A stretch of 64,000 nucleotides of DNA from Paramecium tetraurelia (Eukaryota). The DNA is taken from NCBI GenBank assembly GCA_000165425.1, contig CT868019.1, positions 558,001 through 622,000 of the forward strand, written 5' to 3'. Shown here piece after piece: positions 41,483-53,100 of this stretch. Each line of letters starts with the position of its first letter. Position 1 is the first letter of the stretch. A model generated the notes under the pieces. The model worked only from the letters and a program-made list of their open reading frames with translations, was not told the DNA's origin and searched no databases. A program made the translations under genes and the position numbers.

Positions 41483-42498
41483 TCAAAAGATATCACAGCC
41501 TTCCTTATTGTCTTCCATCATTCCAGGATATTATTACAAATTTTTAAATTCTTCATCCTCTTCATCTTCATCTTCGTCCTCCTAATGAATTAACAATATA
41601 ATAGTAAATTACATCGTCAGCAACAAACTGTTTCCTTTTTTCTCCACAACCCAGGAATCCTTTATTTCCTCCTTTCTTTTTGCTATTGTCATCTTAATTA
41701 TTGTTTTTGTTCTTTTTCCTATAGGACTCTATTCCCATAATTAAACTATTCATTTCTGTAAGCCAAGCCTTGTCAATCATGTCCAATTTTTAATCTTGCA
41801 AGATCTATTTGCCAATTTCTTCAAACACTGCATTAATATTGTGTCCGGTCTTGGCAGATACCACAAATCTTGTAGGGATATTAAACTTCTCAAGTGATTT
41901 CCACTTTGAAAACACTTTGTCTTAATTTTAAGCTTCAATCAAATCGCTTTTATTTGCTACTACAACCTTCTTGGATGTCAACATACTGAAAGATCTTTAC
42001 TTTTCACAATATTCTGATATATATTTAATAGGTTCTTCGAGACCTTTATATGAATCGTTTTAATTGCCATCAAAAACAAATATATAGCCATAAATCTACT
42101 TATCGAAGTCCAGGATGTTCTTTTATTCCTCCTTGAATCTTTATTGCCTATTTTCCAATGTCCCAAAATAAATGTTTGTCTTGAGGAAATCGCTTTCTCT
42201 TACTAAATCAGGATGATTAGTAGGGAATCTAAAGTTGTGTAAATTTGCAATACATATCCTCAATTATGAATACAACATATTAGGGATCAGTTGGACTGCA
42301 ATTTAGATCATGGACTTTCTTATAACGACGAATATCATCATCTGTTTCCTCATATTACGGTTCAAATGAGTTATTAACAAATTAATTGACAATGGCTGTT
42401 TTACCTACTCCCTTAGGCCCAAGAACAGCAATTCTGATAATGGGTAACACCTTTTTCTTCAATGCTTCAACATCTACATCATTACTTTTTTTTGCCAT
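41483..42498 (-). CDS. Atypical Ras-like small GTPase with CaaX box
   Basis: G1 GPKGVGKT, G4 NKSD, G5 SAK, C-terminal GCDIF*; the G3 position reads EDIFP. Confidence 0.85.
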
Positions 42499-42584
42499 AA
42501 TAATATTTATTATTTCGTATGCAATTATGACTCTTATTGATATTTATATTAAGTTAAATAGCAAAATATAAATATATTAGCGTT

Positions 42585-43665
42585 TCAACATGTTTGTCTT
42601 TCGACAAATGCCTTGTTTATTACATTCCATATCTTGGAATGCAGAAAACAAAAAGTAGTCCCTCCTCTTTTATTTTAGGTTGTCATTCTATTTAAATCTG
42701 CCATACAAACATAAGGCATAGCACTTTAAGCTGAAATTCCGAATTTGGAATGGTCCTTTGTATATTTAAATTTATAACCCTATAAAATAGTGTTATTATT
42801 CTACATTATGATTTCTATAAATATTGCTATAAGTCTGATAAGTCTATGAGCAAGAGGGTTCCTGTAACCCTCCAGTTCCATTTCCCCATGTTTCCATCAC
42901 TAATCCAACCTTTAAATTAGGTGCCACAATATTAGCATAGAAGTCTTCCACCAAATTTTAGTTTTTCGAAATAACAAGTATACTCAATCCATTCTTACTC
43001 TTGACTTGTTTAGACCCACTTTAGGCCTGAATATTCCTAGAATTGTTTCTAAGAGCAAAAATATTGGGGTAGGTTGACTCAAATGTACTAATTTCATTAG
43101 CCTTTTGAGTTAAGGTTTAAGCGATGATATATTGCTCTGCTACTACATTAATTTATGAGGTTGTCATGGTCACACAAAAGTAATGTTGTCCATTCACATT
43201 TGCACTGCTTGGCATTCCAGGTATTATATTACTAATCTAAACTATGTAATTTTACCTTTAACTTTCATCAAATACAGGGAATTATGGTGTAGAATGGTTA
43301 ATTATGAATCCCTATCCACTAGAAGAGGCAGATAATATGCCTTTGGAATGAGCTCTGTCAGAAATAGTTGATTTTCCATAAGGTTAATCATTCCATACCA
43401 CATTCATAGTTGTACTCGATGTAAATGAGATTTATCCTACAGTTCTTTACAAGGGTGAGGTACGGTCTCTTAAATCATCACTCATTAGGTTCATGCCAGA
43501 GCAATCATTTTGTGAATCACAATAGTAATATTCAAATCCACTATATGGTATGGCAGAATCAGCAGGCAATTTGAAAATCAACCACCAATCCACCTATGTT
43601 CCTGTTGAACTTAAACAACTTTGGCTGAAAACCTAAAGTACCAGAACTAACAAAATGATTTTCAT
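42585..43665 (-). CDS. Deoxyribonuclease II (secreted/lysosomal)
   Basis: Signal peptide; VDWWLIFKLP, AHSKG, HSTPQFP, GQHYFC, DHSKFG, CMADLNRMTTQNKRGG; both PLD-type HxK motifs present. Confidence 0.93.
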
Positions 43666-44570
43666 TTTTACAATTATCGACGAACTATCTTATTTTTTGT
43701 ATGTTATATCATTATTTCTGTAGAGTGACGCACTTTTTACATTTACCACTTTATATCATTCTACATTAATTATGCAATAAAAATAATTTAATGGAAATAA
43801 CTTATAGAATTCAAAATCCAAAATAATTTTTGTAATTTTATTGTTATCATGCTTTTTTATTCATATAAATTTTCGGCTAATTTATTTTCCCAAAAAAATT
43901 CGAAATTTACTATGTTTCAAGAACCGTGAGTCAAATTACATTTAAAAACGTATTGTATTAATCCAAATAATATTCAAATGTTATTGAATAGACAACACAT
44001 TTCTTAGCCTATTATCATTCCCAAAGTTTGAATATCTATCAATGAGATTAATACTAAATTAAATTGCTTTGTTTTTATTATGAAAGATGATAAAACGATA
44101 TCAAAATTCTCTTTACTTATTCAAGTGCCATATTATGAATTAAAATTACTTAGTTAAAATATTAATCTCATTATAAAATCGATCAGAAAATGAAAGTATA
44201 CCTACATCTAATTTTTCGTATTTTCTAAAAGTAAATTTACTTAGATATGATTTAATAGAGAATAATTGAGATTCTTAAATATTTTAATTTTAGAAAAATT
44301 ATGAATAGAAATTTAATATAAAGTTCTGTTTGATAATTATATTCAATTTGTTTTGATTATTTAATAATCTGTAAGTAGAATGATGATACATAACAAGTTA
44401 ATTAGGTTTATTAATCAGTTTTTAAAGATTTAATAGTGTAAGTATATATATTTGCTGAATTTCGAAGGACAATTTTGGAGCGAGAATGAAAATAGATGAT
44501 TATTTTAAATAAATTGAATATAAATTTTATTGATTATATTTATAAAAATTTGTCAGTTAATCGAACAATC

Positions 44571-46111
44571 ATGTAAAGAAAAATAGAATGCTATAATAAA
44601 GGACTTTTTACTTCAATGGCTCAATTTGAACCTAAACAAAGATCTAATGGTAAGACTAGTTTAGGAACTGGATCTTTTGGAACAGTTAATTTGGTGTAAC
44701 ATCTTAAATCATCATCCCTTTATGCTATAAAATCAATTTAACAAAGCAATATCTAAACTCCCTATGAGTAGGAAGGAGTGGAAAGAGAAATAAAAGTCCA
44801 TTTAAAGTGTCATCATCCTAATATAATAAATTTGTATGATAGCTTCATCGAGCATGGAAACGTATATATGGTATTAGAGTATGCTGAAAATGGAAACCTT
44901 TATAATTATGTGCAAAGGAAGAAGAGATTAGATGAAAAAGAAGCCTGCAAGTACTTTATACAAACTTGCAAAGCTTTACAATATCTGCATGAAATAAATG
45001 TTTTCCATAGAGATATCAAAGTAATCAATGATATAAATATATTTAGCCTGAAAATTTGTTATTGGATAGTAATAACGATATCAAATTGTGTGATTTTGGA
45101 TGGTGTGCAGAGAACATTCATCTTAAAAGAAAGACCTTCTGTGGAACCTACGAATACATGGCCCCAGAAATTGTCTCTGACTTGCCCTATGACTATAAGA
45201 TTGATATCTGGTCAGTTGGGGTATTGCTCTATGAATTATTGCATGGTTATGCTCCATTCAAAGGCAAGGAATACAAAGAAATTGCTGCTAACATAAAGAG
45301 TGGCTTAATACGTTATTCCAGTTCGATCAATTCAGATGCCTAAGAACTTATTAAGAACATCTTATAAAAAGATCCATCCTAGAGATTATCATTCAAAGAT
45401 ATTTATCAATCTCCATTTGTTCAGAGGTGCTATCCATAATAAGGATGTAATAATATTATGCAAATAATAGAACTTAAGATATCTTTGTCCCCAAGGTCTA
45501 GTTTTTCAGTTGAATAAAACTCTATCTAAAAATATCAATCTCCTTTGATAAGTCACAAATAACAACCAATTGGTAGATTGAACTAAACAAATGGAAATAA
45601 TTTGAATAATTCGTCATCCTTGAGTATCAAATCTCCTAATATATCAAAAACAAGAGTGGATTCTAAGAAATAATCAAATAATATATTCGATGACATCAAA
45701 AGGAAGATCATTTATGAATAAACCAGTCCTTTAAGGGATGCTACTAATATGCATAAACGAAATTAGGCTAGTTTAACTAATTTGATCAAGAATTCAAATA
45801 CAAAAATTACTTAAATAAAAAGTCCTCAACCAAAAAAGATCTAATTGAGTAAATACTGTTCAAAATCAAGAAACCTTGATGAAAATGGAACTGTGAAACT
45901 ACTAGATTAGTTTAAATCAATGCCATCTTTTACTATTGAAGATCAATAACATACCTATGAAGAAGAAAACAGATTAAATTTAAAGACCGATAGAGTTATT
46001 AAAGGGTAAAGTAAATAATGTATAACTAGATTCAAAAAAGAATCACATTAATCTTAAGATTTAGATAAGATACTCAAAATGTATCTCAGTATGTGCAGCA
46101 GTAGACAATGA
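44571..46111 (+). CDS. Aurora-like Ser/Thr protein kinase
   Basis: LGTGSFG, EREIKVH..HPNII, FHRDIK/PENLL (split by intron), DFGWC, RKTFCGTYEYMAPE; low-complexity tail. Confidence 0.92.
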
Positions 46112-46583
46112 ATTGTTGTTTTTATTATTTAGTACTTTATTAATATTTATTTACTTCTCCTTTGATATTTGTTCAAGTCATTAAATAATATTAATTTTAT
46201 TCAAAATATCTAATCATATGAATTTTGGTTTAAAATTTTGTATCCTAAATTTGAATGTTAATTATATGATATTTCAATCGTAAATATGACAATTATATGT
46301 ATAATTACCTAATACATGATGAAAAAATAAATTAAATAATTAGCCTATTAGAAGTTCCAAAGATTTTGTCCTTATTTTTAGGCTGAATAATTTCAAATTC
46401 CAGCAATACCAGCAACCAATAAGAAATTAATTCTTCTCAATTATTACAAATGTTTAACAATTAAATATGTCTTTATTAAGTTTAGTATAAAATCCAAATT
46501 TTATTATTAATCTGTTCCATAGATTCCATAATCAATTTAAATCTCAAGACATTCCAATTTCATTATAATAATATATAAATCTA

Positions 46584-47000
46584 ATGAATATTGACGAAAG
46601 TGTTATTGGGATGAAATCAGTTTTAGGAATGAAAACTAGATCTATGAAAGTATATTAGAAATAGCATGAAATGAAGCCAAAACGAGTTTATACTCATATT
46701 TCAAAAGAAACCAAAGCTAAGTTGATTCATACAGTACTGAGATAGAAATGCAAAATTAAGAAAGTAAAATTTCTTAAGATTTTTCAGATAGCAAAAGACC
46801 TGAACATTAACTATGCCACTGCGAAAACAATACTACATTGTCATAAGAAAAAATAAATTAACATGGATGAATATTCAGAGTCCAAAAGGGCTGGGTGTAC
46901 GTTAAACAAGAATGACTCTAAATTATATGTTTAAATTAAAGTGGGAGAAAAAGTAATACATCAGTATGAGTATTTTGAAGCCATCAAAAGAACTCCATGA
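46584..47000 (+). CDS. Small helix-turn-helix DNA-binding protein
   Basis: KPKRVYTHISKETKAKLIHTVLRQKCKIKK/IAKDLNINYATAKTILH; 24-nt intron 46764-46787. Confidence 0.75.
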
Positions 47001-47548
47001 TGTTATTTTATTTCTCCCTATTATACATTTACTAAATATGTTTACAATAGATAATTCATGTGAATTAAATATTTTAAATTTGCCTAACACCTTTGAAGTG
47101 AGTTTGATTATGGCTTAATTTGGTTTCACATAAATTCTGAAAATATTAAACCACAGTTTACAATTCACTTGAAGTTTAATAATCCAAAAATAAGTAATTA
47201 TTAAAGTTTAGAATATCTTGTTTATTAAAGAAATTATAGTGCTATAATATTCACTTGAACCATTTCAGTATCGTAGTAAATTTATAGAATTGATCTTCTT
47301 GGATTCAATTATACTAATCCATTCAGAATTTGATTTAAAAGAAAAATGAGAAATTTGATCAAAGATGAAATGAGAATATATATAATACTATATATCAATA
47401 TAGAATATACAGTCTATGTTTTTACCTTAGATAACAATTGTTGTACCAATGTTAAATGTTTCATAAACTAATAAGTGCATCATAGGAATATGTTACATAA
47501 TGATTTGCAAATCAAAAATTATTTTTATATTTTGAATTGTAATTAATT

Positions 47549-48113
47549 ATGAAGGATAATTAAAATGAATCTGAATTAATAAAAGCCAAAGTTGTCGACA
47601 TCAACAATCATGTTATAGGTAATAAATAGTAATAATTATTAATAAGATTTCATTTCTATTGATTACAAACTATTATCTAAAGTAATTCATCAAGCAACTT
47701 TTTTATTCGTCATCGAGAAGTAGACATTCAGAATCTTTTGTCATAAGCGTTCATAATCAAAATAATACTAACCTGGGACATTTAGCACATGTTTTACTGG
47801 AATTGTTCTAGAAACTGAAGATTATCGTTAATGTGCTAAAAGAAAATTAATTTAAGAAACAGGATTAGACTTGGAATTGACATATATCAATTCTTTCTAT
47901 TTTGAAAGTAAGAAAAATAAAATCTGGGGATAAATATTTTATACATTTTATGATGGATAGATAATCAACTTTATCTAAGACCCTAAAGAAGTTGAAGAGA
48001 TTGAGTTGATGTCATACAAGGAAATTGTTATTCGAGAATAGAATGGCGAGATCTTTACACCAGAAAGCATCCAAGCGCTTCATTTTTTAAACAAAAGAGT
48101 TCTTCGCCAATGA
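47549..48113 (+). CDS. Hypothetical protein
   Basis: ATG 47549, probable intron near 47619, open code-6 frame to TGA 48111-48113. Confidence 0.45.
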
Positions 48114-49113
48114 CATCTATTAAACAAATCAAGGTTGATTTGTTTATTTGTTCACATTTCTATTTATAGTAGAATAATTTTATTAATATGGATTTACTTA
48201 AATATGGTTCTATATATTTAAATAACATCCAAAAGTAGTCTAAAAATATATAAAATTAAATGATGAATCAATAAAGCTTATCATCCATTTATTTATTTTT
48301 TAATAATTAAGTTTAATATATAATTGATATTACATAATTAATTATAAAATTGCTTATTAGTTTATAATTGTTAAACTGAAGTCACACTAATGTTAATACT
48401 AAATTCAATTCATTCAAATGTTAATTAAAATTATTAAAGTACCTATGCAAATCAATACTACCTTTTAGAAGATGTAACCAATTGCAATGGCATTAAAATT
48501 ACTGTAAAATTAACCTCTCTTATGTAATGTTTAACATGACGAATCAATCAATTCTCATCATTTATAATACAGTTAACTAATTGTAAAATTTAAATGCTCT
48601 AATCGATAGGATTTAGCTTGCATATTGATTATTTATGATACTAATATATTCTAATAGTAAAAAAGGGCACTGGAAGAGAAATTCAATAATTGATAATTTT
48701 AACTTCACAGACATCCATATATTTATTGGAAGAATATGATATGCATTTAAGGAAGAAACAACAGTCTTTCCAATGCTGTGATTCCAGTAGCTTAAAAAAA
48801 CCGTATGAGGAGTTAATTACAAATATTATATAGTAAAATTACCAATATTCATTATCTTCTCACTTTTAAATACTGTACTATAATCGAAATAACGACATTC
48901 CAAAGGAGAATGAAATAAGATTTAATTTAATACGTGTACATTAAAAAATATTAGATTTAGACAGGAGTATAAATTTATGGAAATGATGACTTTTAATTAT
49001 AAAACTATAGCAACTCCTTTTTTTGAGTAAAATTAGAGACTATATAATTTGAAACCTTAAAAATTATGATAAAATCAATCTAATGAGTTTATCTGAATAT
49101 ATTTATATTTATA

Positions 49114-49839
49114 ATGATTACTGATAGTGAAATCAAAGAATTTCTTCCCCAAAGTATTGGCAAACAGTATAAGACAGAGCCAATCGACTAGAATATTAGT
49201 GATCTCTCTTTCAGTTTTACACACAGCTTGAAAAGTAGTGTGAAACCTAAGTTGAATGATTCAATACAATTCGAAACCCAGATAGGCTCAAGAATTTAAT
49301 CGAAGCCTCCTTTGACATCAAAAAGTGACAAAAAGTTCTAGATTCCAATTATCAGAGATAAGACATACTTTAATTCTGAACTGATTAGTGATTAAATGTC
49401 CACTCCAAGATCGAGATTGTAGGATTGCAAATTTTAGTTAATTCACTTAAAGTAGTAAAATTAATAGAACCAAAAGATCAATAAGTAAATAGTGGTTGAG
49501 AAATTATCAAAGCAATTGAAGGAATCGTCAACAATCAATATTTCAAAATCAAAAGAGATGATATAAATTGAGCTGTTATTGGCTGCATATAATTAATTAC
49601 ACTTAAGTCATTCACAATTGAGATAATAGAATAAGAATTTAGAATAAGAAATCAATATGTGGAAATCAAAATACCAAGAATTGGAAAAGAAGACAAAACA
49701 AAACATTCATGCTAAAAGTACGTCATTGTAGGTTTAGTTCAACAAGCCAATTAATTAAAATATATGGGAGAGATTAAAAACACAACCATATTCAACAAAT
49801 ACTTTTAAGTTGTCCTTAACAGACACTATTAAATATTGA
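49114..49839 (+). CDS. Hypothetical coiled-coil protein
   Basis: Intronless ORF of about 240 aa (MITDSEIKEFLPQ...) with a Q/E/K-rich helical segment. Confidence 0.7.
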
Positions 49840-49885
49840 TTTATTTAATTCATACTATATTTATATATAGATATTTTTAGAATAA

Positions 49886-51062
49886 TCAATTCCTTCTTGA
49901 TCCAAAATTACCCAAACTTGGATATTCTCCATAATTGTTACGCATTTACCTCTGTGATCCAAATTATTGCTAACTTTGTTGCATATAGTTGTTAATGTTA
50001 GTTGATTGATTCATGTATTAAGCCTACTATGAGATTTCAAGTCCACTCCTCGATTAAACCTAAGAAATCTTCTGTTCAGATTATCTTATTGATGCTTTAC
50101 TATTGTTAGCTGTTCCAGCATTAGATTTCTAAGTGGTTATCTCTGGAGGTGCCAACTTATGTATATTCACATATTCTGGTAAATCATAATTAACCACTTT
50201 AAGAAACTCAGAAATAAATCCACCCAATTAAGCACTAAGATGAATATTAATAAATACGATTTCTCCGAATCAAAACTAACTTTTGTTTAATAGTGAGCAT
50301 AACGTTCTGTAAATTCTTATGCTTATATAAAATATTGTTCGTTTTCTTAAAGAGTCTTGGATTTCAAAAATCTTATAAGTGGTCTCATGCAATCAGAATT
50401 CTTTAAGTTATCCAATAATTCAACGTGCGAATTATGCCTATCAATAATGACTTATTAGAAAAAGAGTGCATCTCTTTTATAATTTTCAATATTTTTTTAA
50501 TGCTTCCCTTATACTTCAATGAGCAATGAATTGAAATATTAATCAATAATCTTAATAATTCGTTCCTTCTTCTCATTTAAAAGTTTAATGCATTACATAT
50601 TCATTTGATCGGCCATAAATACAGAATTTGCAATGTTCTAAGAGAAAGATGCCAACTTATTTGCTTTTAGATATTGTTAAGTTTTACCTTCATTAAAGAC
50701 TGTCATTTAGACTTTATTTAAGACATTTTCTATACTATCTAATTTCGGTTTGGACTGAGATTCAAAATGCTCCTGGACATGTTAAGGAATACATTCAGGA
50801 CATAATGGAAAGCAACATGATTCAAGTTAGCAGAAGTTTGTATAAGTGTAACCTTGATGATTGTAACAATTGATCTAATTGTTCTTTTATAAAGTAATAC
50901 TTTTGGAATGTTGTGAGTATTGAATTCATTGCAACTTTGAATTAGTTTGGGTACTTTGATTACACTAGAAGCCAATTTAGATTCCGCCATCGGATTATTT
51001 ACTTCTTACTATTATGTAATCTATCCTAAAGAAGTGACAGAGGCTTGATAACCCTTTGACAT
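49886..51062 (-). CDS. Hypothetical helical protein
   Basis: MSKGYQASVTSLG...MAESKLASSVIKVPK...; long code-6 frame with one probable intron. Confidence 0.65.
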
Positions 51063-51105
51063 GACTGTTATAATATATTAAAAATATTAAATGTAGTTAT
51101 AAAAT

Positions 51106-52238
51106 TCACAATTCTAAAAGCTGAGTGACTTCATCTTTATGATTTTCTAATTCTTCATCATTGAGCCATTTCGTTCTTTATCCATTATTCCATATTCCGA
51201 TTTTATATTAATTTTGAGTCTAATAAAATATTCCAATGCCACATTATTTTCCGTTTATCCAAGTGCCTGCATATTTCCTACCGTCTCCAAAATAGAATAC
51301 TCCTCTGCCTTATTTCTTATCTTATTAATAATTCTTAAATATTTAATTAAGATACTCCTTTGTAACATTTTCCATCTGGCCATTTAAGAGTACCTTCTCC
51401 ATGCATTTTATTATCTAACCAATTACCAACATATTCTCTTCCATCAGTCCATTTATAAATGCCAAAGCCAGAAATTTCGTTATCAATGAAATTACCTAAT
51501 TAATTAATAATTAAATCTACCTTCGTAATATGCTTAATCAATAAAGGTTAATTATCCTTTTCCATTTTTTTTACCAAATTAATACTGACCTTAATACTTG
51601 GCTCCATCAGGCCAAACTTCAATGCCATATCCATGTTGATTGTCGTTAAGCCATTCGCCTTCATATCTAGCTCCATTATAATGAACGTAGGTTCCTTTTC
51701 CGCATGCTGCATCATCAACCCATTCTCCTTCATAAATATCTCCATCAGCATGAATCAATTTTCCCTTCATATTAGATTTGATTTACTTAACCATTTGATT
51801 TGTCTTGTCTCCATTGGCCCTCATAGATTGATCCATCTGGCCATATCTACTTTCCATAGCCATCTCTCATACCATTTAGCCATTGTCCTTCATATTTAGT
51901 TCCATTAGGCATTAACATCATCTAATTATTGAAATATTATGTACAGGAAGTAATTTGCGTTCTTGACTTTAAATGGTGTCTTTAACTTATTAGGGCATCG
52001 GCTATTTGTTTGATACCAAGTTTTTAGAAATCTCTTGAATTGAAACTTTGCTGTTCATTGAATTTTTCATAATGCCTGAGTCTAAGTCATCTTGAACCAA
52101 AGCATCAATTTAATCAGAAGTCTAATCCTTCTAAAGTTTGTGATGTTTGATGGAAACTTAAATAGATCTTGTAGATATTTTTTATGATGCTATTTCGTCC
52201 TTTTAACAACATTATGTTGCACATTTACACTAACCCAT
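51106..52238 (-). CDS. MORN-repeat protein with predicted N-terminal lipid anchor
   Basis: Starts MGQCKCATQCC; repeats such as [33 protein letters not shown]. Confidence 0.92.
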
Positions 52239-52278
52239 TTATATATTATATATATATATGTAATATTAATATGATAGC

Positions 52279-52566
52279 TCATCTATTTCTGGAATTGATA
52301 ATTTTGTTACCCTTTCTTCTGATTTACTTCTTTCTGGCTCTTTTCTTTTTCTTACTCAGACAATCTAAAACTGCTATCGATTATTCACAATAATGATTAA
52401 TTGTATTATCTCTTGAAATAGATGTCAAAATCTAACTCTGAGGAATCTGATGCCTCTGAATACGTAAAGCCTATAAGTAGACTTATGGTGAATATAAGTT
52501 TGATGATGACAACAGTCTTGGGTAAGGAATTGCAATTCTCCCCATTTATGAAAACACTCTTTACAT
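52279..52566 (-). CDS. Small basic protein, possible mitoribosomal mS38/COX24-like
   Basis: 95-aa ORF MQRVFSQMGRIAIPYPRLLSS...LDCLSKKKKRARKKQIRRKGNK; presequence-like N-terminus and very basic C-terminus. Confidence 0.5.
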
Positions 52567-53100
52567 TTTCAATAATAAATTAATAATAATAAAAGAGAAG
52601 AATGGACATTAATCACTTCTGAAGTAACCCCTTTAATTGTGGTGAATGATTGAGGGATTTTTGGGTTTTGATAAATTAAGCTAAAATTATAAACAAATAC
52701 CTTAGGTAAATGTAGCTATTAAGAAATTCAATAAATTGAGGACCTTATATACGTAAAAGGAATAAAGAGGAAATAATATATAAGGATCTAAAATTCATCA
52801 AGCTATACATGAAACTATTTTTACAAAAAGGATCATCAATTAGGAGATATCTTTTAAAATCAATCAAATATATATTGAATAATTTGTTTCAAATATGAGA
52901 ATAATAGATGATGAATTAGAATCAGGTATACTTTTAGAATAAATTCTTTTTGAAATAAAGTAAATGAAAGCTTAGAATAATGAGGGCTATTTGTCTTTGA
53001 AGAAGAAAGAAAAAGGCTAACCCTTTATTGATTTATTAATTAAAAGAAAAGTATTTAAACCCTTATGTTATAAATATCAAAAAATCACATATTTAATGAC

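Noticed and set aside
44380..44458. ATGATGA...CTGA pair resembling a C/D snoRNA
   Set aside because: Weak terminal stem, low-complexity guide region with no recognisable target, and such motifs are frequent by chance in AT-rich DNA.
22428..52238. Apparent cytoskeletal cluster (delta-tubulin, Arp1-like, MORN proteins, Aurora-like kinase)
   Set aside because: The genes are interspersed with unrelated ones and belong to large ciliate families; chance co-occurrence is sufficient.
52184..52396. Hydrophobic + strand micro-peptide
   Set aside because: Better explained as the antisense of a Lys/Arg-rich minus-strand ORF and the start of the MORN gene.
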